Positions 29,847 to 38,486 of a stretch of DNA of 57,822 nucleotides are shown here, one piece after another. The DNA comes from a virus (Duplodnaviria > Caudoviricetes). The notes beneath the pieces are model-generated. The model saw only the letters and a list, made by a program, of their open reading frames with translations. It searched no databases and was not told the DNA's origin. The stretch is taken from the IMG/VR virus record IMGVR_UViG_3300036885_000101, positions 1 to 57,822 of that record. The stretch is one strand, 5' to 3'. Every line of letters starts with the position of its first letter. The first letter of the stretch is position 1. The translations under genes were made by a program, and so were the position numbers.

Positions 29847-31976
29847 ATGAAAAAATTAATTATTATTTTACTTTGTTTTGGCTTGTCATTTGCAACAAAC
29901 TTAACGAAACACATACGATATGGTGGAGATTATCGAAGCGTACAAGGGTGCTTGGCGGCAAATACCGGAATGACGCAGGATACTCTTAATATTTCTGTGG
30001 ATAGCTGTTTTGTTGATACCGCCATAAATACAAACAGTTATTCAAAAGTAATTAATATTTTTGCCTCATCCGGGAACTATTCAACGACAGGGGCATGGGA
30101 CCCGACAAAGTATTATATCAACGAAGTGGGAGCTGGCGCTACTCCGGCCATTAATATTAAAAGCACTCATGTTAATCTTTATAATTTACAGATAGAAGCA
30201 ACCTCTCCTTCAGCAACAGGAGAGGATTGCATACAATTCACATTCGGTTCCGCAGGCGGGGTCCATCGATTTCATAATCTCATTATAAAGGGACACAACA
30301 ACGGAACATATTCACAATCTGGCATTAACTTCAAAACCACTGCCGAAAATTTATACATGTGGAATTGCATACTTTACAATTTCGGGACAGTTTCTTCCAC
30401 GTACCCGATTTCCGGTAACTCATATGCCGATAGTGTATGGATGTATAATTGCGATTTGATTGGCGGTGTTTTTGGAGTATATACCGGCGGTGCCACTGGA
30501 GCTCAATGGATAGTAAAAAACTGTTATTGTGGCGGCGGCTCATCAGATCGTTATTACGCATCAACCTATTTAACAAAAACAACTTGCGCGTCATCGGACG
30601 GAACAGGCTCTACAGGGTTGATCAATATTGCGTATTCAACCGCGAATTTTACCAATGTTACCGGTGGAAGCGAAAATTTTGCATTGACAAGCGGAAGTGC
30701 CTTGCGAGGGACGGGAACTTATACCGGCGGTGATCTTGCCCCAATGAATTTTACTACAGATATAACGGGGTACGCTTATACAAATCCACCGTCGATAGGC
30801 CCATTTGAATACCCGGCCTCGTATTGCGTCACTACAGTTTCAGCAACGGCGGGAGGCTCGATAACCACTCCGGCGACGGGCAAGGATTCAAGCGTTTGCG
30901 GTGGAGCGGTTTCTATCGTCGCGGCAGCGAACACGGGCTATAGTTTCAACGGGTGGACAGCGACGGGGTCCGTAACTTTTGTCAATGCGGCGTTGACCAC
31001 GACCACGTTTACGAGCAGCGCCACGGGCGGGGCGATCACGGCCAATTTCATCGCCGCGCCCGGCCCGATCAGCTATACTGGCGGCAACATCTCAGCAACC
31101 TACGGCCTCGGCGTTGCGGTGGACTCTGTATGGCATACGATGACTATGAGTAACGCAGGAGGGGCTTTGGATAGCGTCCGCAGTCATCCGGCGCTCTCTA
31201 CATGGGGATTGACCCTCGGCGCGGACGGATCGATCTCCGGCACACCCACGACGTATACGCCGGGAGATTCCGCGTTGACGGATACCATAATCGGATACAA
31301 CGCGATAGGCTCCCAAAAATGCACGACATACGTTACAATCCAGATTTTGCACCAGGGCGGCGTGTGGACCTACGATCGCCTCACCGTGGACACGATGAGC
31401 CTGTATACCATGCAAGTCTACGCGGGCACGGGTGGAATCGTTTCCCCGTCCAGCGTGACGGACAGCCTGAGCCACCCGTTTAGCGCCATGGCAATCCCGG
31501 CAGCGTATCACGTCGTCGGATCGCCTGTATGGTCCCTACGTGCGGGCGGTACTGTGACCGTCAACGCGGCGGCAGGGAGTTTTCGTCTGTTCGGCCCAGA
31601 CACGGCGGATGCGGCGTTTTCGTGGGCCACGCCGGTCGCGCCCACGCTCTACACGCCCAACCAGAACGACAGCAACCAAGCGACGAATCTCAATCTTGTA
31701 TGGAGGTCGAACACAGCCGATAGTGTGTATTATCTCTGGTACGACACGACGCTTTCCTTCAACAGTCCGTTTCTTGTCAAGGACACGCTCGCGGACACAT
31801 CAAAAAACGTGATTCTCGGCCTGACAAACTCGTGGTACCACTGGAAGGTTGCCGCTGGAAACAACGGCGGGACAACAAGCTCCTTTTCGTCGCCCAGGAC
31901 GTTTAAGACCATGAGCGCGTACAGGAGGCGGCATGGCGGGATGAATATAGGGATCGGCATCGGAATCGGCTTTTAA
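29847..31976 (+). CDS. Secreted beta-helix + InlB-B/Ig/Fn3-like protein; candidate head fibre
   Basis: MKKLIIILLCFGLSFA; DITG..PSIGPFEY; ANTGYSFNGWT; YHWKVAA; C-terminal MNIGIGIGIGF. Confidence 0.7.
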   Translation: MKKLIIILLCFGLSFATNLTKHIRYGGDYRSVQGCLAANTGMTQDTLNISVDSCFVDTAINTNSYSKVINIFASSGNYSTTGAWDPTKYYINEVGAGATPAINIKSTHVNLYNLQIEATSPSATGEDCIQFTFGSAGGVHRFHNLIIKGHNNGTYSQSGINFKTTAENLYMWNCILYNFGTVSSTYPISGNSYADSVWMYNCDLIGGVFGVYTGGATGAQWIVKNCYCGGGSSDRYYASTYLTKTTCASSDGTGSTGLINIAYSTANFTNVTGGSENFALTSGSALRGTGTYTGGDLAPMNFTTDITGYAYTNPPSIGPFEYPASYCVTTVSATAGGSITTPATGKDSSVCGGAVSIVAAANTGYSFNGWTATGSVTFVNAALTTTTFTSSATGGAITANFIAAPGPISYTGGNISATYGLGVAVDSVWHTMTMSNAGGALDSVRSHPALSTWGLTLGADGSISGTPTTYTPGDSALTDTIIGYNAIGSQKCTTYVTIQILHQGGVWTYDRLTVDTMSLYTMQVYAGTGGIVSPSSVTDSLSHPFSAMAIPAAYHVVGSPVWSLRAGGTVTVNAAAGSFRLFGPDTADAAFSWATPVAPTLYTPNQNDSNQATNLNLVWRSNTADSVYYLWYDTTLSFNSPFLVKDTLADTSKNVILGLTNSWYHWKVAAGNNGGTTSSFSSPRTFKTMSAYRRRHGGMNIGIGIGIGF

Positions 31977-31994
31977 CCGGAAAGGTGGTGCGGT

Positions 31995-32339
31995 ATGAAC
32001 TTATCGGCAGAACAGAATGCATTCTTGCTCGATTTTGCCAAGTTGATCGAATTTATCTACAATTCCGGCGACGGCATGCTCGTGACCGAAGGCGAGGGAT
32101 ACCGGACTGTTGAGCAACAGCAAATCTATTTCAACACCGGGAAATCAAAAACCATGAACAGTAATCATCTAAGGCGGCTTGCCCATGACGTCAATTTTAT
32201 CAAAAACGGACAGATGGTTACCGACAAGGTAACGCTCCAAAAATATGCCGATTATTGGAAAAGTCTAAACCCGCTTAACCGATGGGGGGGAGAATTCTCA
32301 AATCTGTACGATTACGATCACTTTGAGCGTAATGTATGA
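31995..32339 (+). CDS. Endolysin, M15 family peptidase
   Basis: GEGYRTVEQQ, SNHLRRLAHD, RWGG..DYDHFE. Confidence 0.9.
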   Translation: MNLSAEQNAFLLDFAKLIEFIYNSGDGMLVTEGEGYRTVEQQQIYFNTGKSKTMNSNHLRRLAHDVNFIKNGQMVTDKVTLQKYADYWKSLNPLNRWGGEFSNLYDYDHFERNV

Positions 32340-32428
32340 AAATGCACTGGCTCGTGCCGTACCTGATAATTTTTGCCGTAGTTGAAACGGCGGTTTTGGT
32401 TTTCGCATACTATTCACTTTCACCTTAA
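32336..32428 (+). CDS. 30-aa membrane peptide in the lysis module
   Basis: ATGA overlap; MKMHWLVPYLIIFAVVETAVLVFAYYSLSP (not in the ORF track). Confidence 0.4.
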   Translation: MKMHWLVPYLIIFAVVETAVLVFAYYSLSP

Positions 32429-32443
32429 CCTTTTGGAGGTTTT

Positions 32444-32839
32444 ATGTTTTCCCGAATTCCGTTTCTGTTCGTAATGATTCTGATGGTTGTCGGCGTTTCT
32501 ATGGTATTTGCGGATACCACAGCAACGGAAGCGCAGGGGCCGTGGTATGTCCAGATCCTTGTGGCCGCGATCCCGGCGCTTGTAGTGTACATTACCAGCC
32601 AAATCCGCAGCCACGCTAAAGACGGAACGATCAAAGAACTTGCTTTAGTGGCCCAAAAAGTCAAGCCGTATGAACCGATAGCCGAAGAAGTGTTGTCGGC
32701 GCTGGAAGCAAAATATCCGGTTTTAAAAACAAACGTGACGAAAGTTGAAACCGTAATCCAAACTCCGATAGGCCAGGCAGTTAAGAATGCGGCGCAGCAG
32801 GTTGTAGAGAATTTACAGCCGACACCGGGGCAGGTTTAA
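32444..32839 (+). CDS. Holin-like membrane protein
   Basis: Two hydrophobic segments; next to the endolysin. Confidence 0.55.
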   Translation: MFSRIPFLFVMILMVVGVSMVFADTTATEAQGPWYVQILVAAIPALVVYITSQIRSHAKDGTIKELALVAQKVKPYEPIAEEVLSALEAKYPVLKTNVTKVETVIQTPIGQAVKNAAQQVVENLQPTPGQV

Positions 32840-32840
32840 C

Positions 32841-33071
32841 GTGTGGATCAAGGCTCTTTTCGAAGCAATAGTCCTTCTGCTACAGCAGCTTGGCTATGTC
32901 GAGAAAAAAGTGGACGACGCAAGCGCAAAGAAACAAACACCGGAGGCGAAGTATGCGAAAGACAAGGAGGCAATGGATGAAGCACTCGCTAAAAATGATG
33001 TTGATTCTATCAACCTGCTTACTAATGACGTGCTGCCGCCACCCACGGGTAGTGGTGATCCCAAGCGATAA
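32841..33071 (+). CDS. Inner-membrane spanin (Rz-like)
   Basis: N-terminal hydrophobic helix and helical tail; overlaps a lipoprotein gene. Confidence 0.6.
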   Translation: MWIKALFEAIVLLLQQLGYVEKKVDDASAKKQTPEAKYAKDKEAMDEALAKNDVDSINLLTNDVLPPPTGSGDPKR

Positions 33072-33180
33072 CGCGGTTCACGGAATCACGGATTCGACGA
33101 TGGTCATATCCAAAGCTGAATACCAGAAGCTTTTCGATGCCGCCGCGTATTGGAAAAGCAGATGCGAGAGCGGCAAATAA
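32977..33180 (+). CDS. Outer-membrane spanin lipoprotein (Rz1-like)
   Basis: AAGGAGG RBS; MKHSLKMMLILSTCLLMTCC lipobox-like; overlaps the Rz-like gene in another frame. Confidence 0.7.
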   Translation: MKHSLKMMLILSTCLLMTCCRHPRVVVIPSDNAVHGITDSTMVISKAEYQKLFDAAAYWKSRCESGK

Positions 33181-33202
33181 TATATTATAACTAGGATAAT
33201 GA

Positions 33203-33230
33203 AGAAGGCCGTGTAACAGCGGCCTTTTTC
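33203..33230 (+). terminator. Intrinsic terminator ending the late operon
   Basis: AAGGCCG-tgtaacag-CGGCCTT-ttt. Confidence 0.8.
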
Positions 33231-33258
33231 ATTCTAAAAAAATAAATAAACAAAGTTG

Positions 33259-33287
33259 TTGACAACACTGTTTAAAAGGTGTATATT
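33259..33287 (+). promoter_or_regulatory. Sigma70 early promoter P1
   Basis: TTGACA-N17-TATATT with TG extension; near-copy at 44173. Confidence 0.85.
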
Positions 33288-33304
33288 AGAATAAAGGAGA
33301 AACT

Positions 33305-33514
33305 ATGAAGAACAGAACATCGAGGATTTACGACAGTGATGCAGTGTGGGCTGAGGCGGTAGCGGAAGTTTTGACTGAGAGCAAAAAGGATACTTTTGAC
33401 ACGTCGAAGTCGAGTACCGCGACAGTGATCCATGACGCTGTGGAGTGTTACAAGCATTCAGAAGTGTATCGAGCGAAGATACTTCCCTTGCTTCCAAAGA
33501 AGATGAGGGTTTAA
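33305..33514 (+). CDS. Hypothetical early protein
   Basis: AAGGAG RBS after P1. Confidence 0.6.
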   Translation: MKNRTSRIYDSDAVWAEAVAEVLTESKKDTFDTSKSSTATVIHDAVECYKHSEVYRAKILPLLPKKMRV

Positions 33515-33516
33515 TT

Positions 33517-33720
33517 ATGTGGATGTACATTGCTATTCCACTGACGCTTGGATTTTTTTCTGGCGTTTATCTTGTAGAGGCGCATTTCAAATATATTATC
33601 CGAAAACAAATCGAAACGATTCAAAGAGACTATGAAGATGATATGAAACATCCTACGGTTACTCCTGCTATGTACGGCTATGCGTCTTATAAGGTAAAAG
33701 AACTAAGGAGAATGCTATGA
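33517..33720 (+). CDS. Small membrane protein
   Basis: N-terminal TM MWMYIAIPLTLGFFSGVYLV. Confidence 0.55.
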   Translation: MWMYIAIPLTLGFFSGVYLVEAHFKYIIRKQIETIQRDYEDDMKHPTVTPAMYGYASYKVKELRRML

Positions 33721-33894
33721 AATTCGACAAGACAGAGATCAAGCAGAGTCCGAAGCGGCAGGAAGAGCCGATGATCGAAATGAGGGAGATTGTAGAGGAT
33801 GCTCACAGCCGAGCTGTTGATATCATAACCGTTATTCGTGCGGCATTAAAAGACATTTCACAGAGATCGAATTAAACTAAAGAGGGGTACGCAA

Positions 33895-34869
33895 ATGAAG
33901 TATACAAACAAATTCAAATTGCCGCAGTCATTGGTTGACGCGCTGACTAATGACGACTACGATCTTACCAATGCCCCAGCAAACATCATATCGGTAACAA
34001 CCAGCATTGCTCCGGCAAAGCTTAAGACCCTTGAATGGCGGCATTGGGACGCATTAGAGGCTGATGTTTCAGAGCTTCTGTGGCGCATGATGGGAACGGC
34101 ATGCCACTACGTTGTCGAGCTTGCAGCGAAAGGAGAGAGGCTTTCCGAGGAACGCTGGTATCTTGATGTGATTGACTGGACGATTCACACAGCGCCGGAA
34201 GGTGTGAAGGCTCAGGATTGCAAATGGTTCAAGAAGGATCATATTTACCTTTCCGGCAAGATGGATGTTTACGATCACGCGACAAAGAAGGTGGAAGATT
34301 ACAAATTCACGTCGCTATGGTCCTGGATGTTTGATCGGGCGGCAAAGCCTGAACACATCGCGCAGTTGAATATGAACTCCTTTGCAATTCGTCTGCTTGG
34401 TTTTCCGGTTGAGAAGGCAAGTATTGTGATGTTGTTCAAGGATTGGTCGAAGAGCGCCATGCGAAAAGGAGAATACAACGACAAGTTTTCAGGTGAATGC
34501 TTGCTTCCTGTGAACGTCAAGGAAGTTGCGGCACCGATGTGGAACGACGACTTCACAAAAGAGTACATCATGCAGCGCATTAACCAGCACATTGAAGCCA
34601 AAACCAAGTATACCAACGATGACGACATACCGGAATGCACGCCGGAAGAGCGATGGAGCAAGCCGACCAAGTACGCGGTCATGAAGAAAGGTAAGGAGCG
34701 TGCGTTGCGGTTACACGACACGCTTGAACAGGCAGAGATCCATGCTAAAAGCGATCCGGCATTACAAATTGAAGAACGCAAAGGCGGAGATATCAGGTGT
34801 ACCGATTATTGCAGCGCAAATTTTCTATGTTCATATTACAAAAAAGTTTACGGTAACAGCAACAAATAA
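33895..34869 (+). CDS. PD-(D/E)xK (Cas4-like) exonuclease
   Basis: GTACH, LSGKMD..VEDYK, QLN, C-terminal C..YC..C; adjacent to ERF. Confidence 0.85.
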   Translation: MKYTNKFKLPQSLVDALTNDDYDLTNAPANIISVTTSIAPAKLKTLEWRHWDALEADVSELLWRMMGTACHYVVELAAKGERLSEERWYLDVIDWTIHTAPEGVKAQDCKWFKKDHIYLSGKMDVYDHATKKVEDYKFTSLWSWMFDRAAKPEHIAQLNMNSFAIRLLGFPVEKASIVMLFKDWSKSAMRKGEYNDKFSGECLLPVNVKEVAAPMWNDDFTKEYIMQRINQHIEAKTKYTNDDDIPECTPEERWSKPTKYAVMKKGKERALRLHDTLEQAEIHAKSDPALQIEERKGGDIRCTDYCSANFLCSYYKKVYGNSNK

Positions 34870-34898
34870 CTTGACTATGCTAATCAAGATCTGAACAT

Positions 34899-35081
34899 AT
34901 GAAACTTCACGAATCTGCTTTGACAGAAAAACAGATTGCAGCTCTTAAGAAAATGTATGATACTGGTAAGTTTTCTCACAGAGATTTAGCGAGAATGGTT
35001 AATGTGGATAAAAGTCAAATAAGCAGGTATTTTCAAAAGATGAAACCGATTACCACGGAGGATCAATCATGGAAACAGTAA
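34899..35081 (+). CDS. Small HTH DNA-binding protein
   Basis: FSHRDLARMVNVDKSQISR. Confidence 0.75.
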   Translation: MKLHESALTEKQIAALKKMYDTGKFSHRDLARMVNVDKSQISRYFQKMKPITTEDQSWKQ

Positions 35082-35986
35082 CAAAAGTAACAAACGGGAT
35101 ACAGGAAGCCGCAAAGGAGCCGATAGAAGCCGTAGTATCAAAAAAGGTGTTCCCGGTAAAGAAGAAATCCCTGCTTGCAGAAGCAATGGTAAAATGCCAG
35201 AGCCTTATCAATCCGGCAGGAAAGAGCGGGGAGAACAAGTTTGACCACTACAAGTATTCTACTCTTGAGGATTACTGCAATCAGCTTAAGCCGGCGCTAA
35301 CCGCTTCAGAGCTTGCGGTGTACTTCAATCAGGACGAGATTACAGACAAAGGTATCCGGGAAACATCGACAGGCAAGAAGGAATACGTAATCAGGGTGAA
35401 GCTTACCGCGACGATCATGCATAGTTCCGGGGAATGTATGGATGTGGTAGGATACGGGGAAGGCCAGGATCGAGGTGACAAGGCTATCTACAAAGCGATT
35501 ACAGGGTGCAAGAAGTACCTGCTTGCTAATGCGTTCAACATCCCGACGACTGACGACCCGGAAGTAGACTCACATGATGCTGAAGAAAAGTTACCGCCGA
35601 AAGGCCAGAGATTCAAGGACGAACAGGCGGTAGTGTCCAGAGCGTTGGTAGATCAAGAGAAAAAGGCCGCAGAATCTCCTCAGAAGGCCCAGGACGCAGG
35701 CAAACCAGTACCGGGAAGCCAACTGCCAGCCAAGAAGAAAGAACCCTCTGACGAGGACCAGGCAAAGGACGGACTGATCATAACGGCCCAGGTGAAAGCA
35801 TTGCAGAAAAAGCGTACTCAGTTCAAAATACCGGATGCTAAATGGAAAGCATGGCTATTTGCGAAATACGCTATCCTGACAGCGTGGAAGATAAAGCAGG
35901 AATGGTTTGCAGCGATAGATGGAACTGTGACACTTAACCCAGCAGAGATAATCGAATTTGTTACAGCAGATGATGTGGCGCAGTAG
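35069..35986 (+). CDS. erf: ERF-family single-strand annealing protein
   Basis: KSGENKFDHYKY, GEGQDRGDKAIYKAITGCKKYLLANAFNIPTTDDPE. Confidence 0.9.
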   Translation: METVTKVTNGIQEAAKEPIEAVVSKKVFPVKKKSLLAEAMVKCQSLINPAGKSGENKFDHYKYSTLEDYCNQLKPALTASELAVYFNQDEITDKGIRETSTGKKEYVIRVKLTATIMHSSGECMDVVGYGEGQDRGDKAIYKAITGCKKYLLANAFNIPTTDDPEVDSHDAEEKLPPKGQRFKDEQAVVSRALVDQEKKAAESPQKAQDAGKPVPGSQLPAKKKEPSDEDQAKDGLIITAQVKALQKKRTQFKIPDAKWKAWLFAKYAILTAWKIKQEWFAAIDGTVTLNPAEIIEFVTADDVAQ

Positions 35987-35995
35987 AGACATGAG

Positions 35996-36024
35996 TTTAC
36001 ATAATAAAAAAGACGATTTAAAAT
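35996..36024 (+). promoter_or_regulatory. Sigma70 promoter upstream of the cassette array (Pc-like)
   Basis: TTTACA-N17-TAAAAT, about 80 bp before the first GTT core. Confidence 0.65.
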
Positions 36025-36152
36025 GAAAAATAAATTAAACTATATAAATCATAATGATAACAATTGCAGACGACATATTGTAAAACCCGTCTGATGGATA
36101 TTACCTGTTGGCTGCAATGCCCGGTGAACCATGTAAAATAGGAGGTCGTCAA

Positions 36153-36500
36153 ATGATTAATGATAGGGTTTTAAAGTCAAGTGACATTATGCTGCTTGGT
36201 GATATTCTCGTTACAATAAACGGTTCTCAAATTCCTGTTATCGGGTATTCCGGCCAAGTTGTTTCTGATGCTGTCAACGATCATACAAACTTTATCGAAT
36301 GCCGCCGACCTCAAAAAGTAGAGGAGTCACCGGGCACAGTTCCGCCAGTAGGCGCAGCCAACAGCCAAAGTGTGACGGCGCTGAGTGAAATAGTTTGGGA
36401 TTGGCTCACTGAAAATGCTGTCGATGTTATGGTTGACAAGTGTGACGTTAATATGCTAATTCAGCGCCTAAATGCCGGAATATCGGCACTTCACACTTAG
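36153..36500 (+). CDS. Cassette 1 hypothetical protein
   Basis: GGAGG RBS; reads through the attC-like arm. Confidence 0.6.
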   Translation: MINDRVLKSSDIMLLGDILVTINGSQIPVIGYSGQVVSDAVNDHTNFIECRRPQKVEESPGTVPPVGAANSQSVTALSEIVWDWLTENAVDVMVDKCDVNMLIQRLNAGISALHT

Positions 36501-36553
36501 GCGAACGTTGGTTGCAATAGCGGCCAAGGACTTTACAAATAGGAGCGCGGCTT

Positions 36554-36823
36554 ATGAATATAATTTGCGATAAGTGTAAATATGTTTCTGGTTTTTCATC
36601 TGAATTTCCGTGCAATAGATGCGTTGTAATTGCCATTAATTGTTTTGTTCCAAGCAATGCCGCGCTCAATTCTGAGGAGTTGGCCGCTACAGTTCCGGCA
36701 GTAGCCGCAGCCAACAAACAAAGTGACAAAATTAAACCTTGTGGCTGGCAATATTCTTGTGGATACGTTCGGGTCAATAAGGTGTGCAAGGGTCCGACGT
36801 GTAATATATACGATCCGGTTTAA
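36554..36823 (+). CDS. Cassette 2 Cys-rich hypothetical protein
   Basis: AGGAG RBS; CxxC motifs. Confidence 0.6.
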   Translation: MNIICDKCKYVSGFSSEFPCNRCVVIAINCFVPSNAALNSEELAATVPAVAAANKQSDKIKPCGWQYSCGYVRVNKVCKGPTCNIYDPV

Positions 36824-36887
36824 CTTCGCACGTTTGTCAAACGTTGGCTGCAATGCCCGGTGAACCATTTAAACAGGAGGCGCGGGA

Positions 36888-37286
36888 ATGAGAAAGATAC
36901 ATTTGCAAATGGATGGGAATCAGATAGTGGCGACGTGGGACGATTTTGATTGTCTTGCTGTTTCTCCGGCAGGCTTTGGCGACAATATCGGCGAAGCCGT
37001 AAGCGCGTTGATAAACGAAACGGCTTCATATGCACTTAACGGCATCGTATCAAGCATTGAGAACGCAGCACACCTCACAAATAGTAGCCGTATTACAGAG
37101 GCAAGAGGTGAAGACCGCGCCTCTAAATCAGAGGAGTCACCGGGCACAGTTCCCGGAGTACCGGCAGCCAACACGGCCAGCCCGCAATTGCTGGCATTGG
37201 TTGCCCTTATGAAAGTATCGGCTACAGTATCAACGACAGCGGTTTTAAAAGTGATCTACGATGAGTTCCCGCAACTGCGGGCGTAG
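36888..37286 (+). CDS. Cassette 3 hypothetical protein
   Basis: AGGAGG RBS; DGNQIVATWDDF..SPAGFGD. Confidence 0.65.
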   Translation: MRKIHLQMDGNQIVATWDDFDCLAVSPAGFGDNIGEAVSALINETASYALNGIVSSIENAAHLTNSSRITEARGEDRASKSEESPGTVPGVPAANTASPQLLALVALMKVSATVSTTAVLKVIYDEFPQLRA

Positions 37287-37339
37287 GCGAAACGCGTTGT
37301 GCGAAATGCCCGTTTACTTTTTAATTATAGGAGGTGCTT

Positions 37340-37552
37340 GTGCAGTTAGCAATCGACATTCTTAGATCGGAGCTTGAGTCTTACAAGCAGTGTTTGCGCA
37401 CCGAAGGTAAGTATAGCGTGTATCCGGAGTATCGTGGCCCGAACGTGGATTTTGCCCGTAACATAGCTGAGTTGCAGGACGCAATAGCGCACCTCTTAAA
37501 AGCTGTGGAAGTAAACGGTCACATCGCACAACAAATAAATGGTGTTCGCTAA
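37340..37552 (+). CDS. Cassette 4 hypothetical protein
   Basis: AGGAGG before GTG 37340. Confidence 0.55.
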   Translation: MQLAIDILRSELESYKQCLRTEGKYSVYPEYRGPNVDFARNIAELQDAIAHLLKAVEVNGHIAQQINGVR

Positions 37553-37908
37553 CGCACATGCGGAGTACCGCACGTCACTATTTATCGAACGATGGGCGCG
37601 CTGGAATAAGAGATAAGAGAAGACACCCAGGTTTACCTAACAAGGTATTCAATTTTGACTCGCATGCTCTCGCGAGTAGGTTGCTTTATGAAACATTCAC
37701 TTTTTCAGGAATACAGTGTTCGGAATGGCGTAAAACGTCGTCTTTGCGTACCCATAGTGATCGAAGACTCCCACGCGAACTTCGAGGGTCGACGGTGTGT
37801 GAGCTTTAGGGATTGCGCCATTCCCTTTCTTAGCGAGTCGCAAGCTGGCGGGCCTATTGCTCGCAAATTAATACCGACGTTAGGCCGCTTAAAAACAAAG
37901 GAGAAATT

Positions 37909-38187
37909 ATGAAAGTCGTAGCATTGGAGATTAAAAAGCGCGAAAGTTACGATAGTGAATATCCGAATGAAATTGTTGGCGTTGTGCAAATAACCGGCGA
38001 AACGGGTAAAATGGAGGTTCGTCTTCGCCCTAAAACCGTTGCCGAAATTTTCAGAATGTGCAAATCCGATGTTCAAATGGTTGCCAATTACAACGCCAAC
38101 CAAGCGGCTTTGGCTTGTGAAAATGTCGCCGGTACTATCGAACTTCAGGTCGAAAACAACGATCTAAAACAAATCGCGGCGGCCTAA
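37909..38187 (+). CDS. Cassette 6 hypothetical protein
   Basis: AAGGAG RBS; stop codon lies inside the GCCTAAC inverse core, as in classical cassettes. Confidence 0.7.
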   Translation: MKVVALEIKKRESYDSEYPNEIVGVVQITGETGKMEVRLRPKTVAEIFRMCKSDVQMVANYNANQAALACENVAGTIELQVENNDLKQIAAA

Positions 38188-38249
38188 CAACCGCTTCAAT
38201 TCTGACTCGTGGGCGGATACAGGCTACAAAAAATTATAGGAGGCGCTAA

Positions 38250-38426
38250 ATGTTTGAAGAGTTTTGTCGTGTGTGTAAAAACAAACATAAATTTATAATT
38301 TGCGGTAATTGTAAAACAAAAATGGCCCCTCCGCCATATTATGAATTTAGCGCCTCAATTGAGGACGGCAAACCATCCGCAGCGGGACAAGATCCTTTAC
38401 CCGTTAGCGGCGCGAAAACTGAATAG
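38250..38426 (+). CDS. 58-aa CxxC protein nested inside the attC-like loop of cassette 6
   Basis: AGGAGG RBS; MFEEFCRVCKNKHKFIICGNCK (not in the ORF track). Confidence 0.55.
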   Translation: MFEEFCRVCKNKHKFIICGNCKTKMAPPPYYEFSASIEDGKPSAAGQDPLPVSGAKTE

Positions 38427-38486
38427 CTTATCACTCGCAAATTAAGCGGACGTTAGGGTGCGGCAAAGACTAAATAGGAGCGCGGC

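Noticed and set aside
23181-31976. Diversity-generating retroelement targeting the fibres
   Set aside because: No reverse transcriptase ORF, and I saw no template/variable repeat pair differing only at adenines
33895-34869. Cas4 as part of a CRISPR system
   Set aside because: It pairs with ERF as a normal phage exonuclease/annealase module
37558-37912. CDS calls in cassette 5 (37558-37809, 37655-37912)
   Set aside because: No clear RBS and extensive overlap with structured arms; possibly a non-coding or decayed cassette
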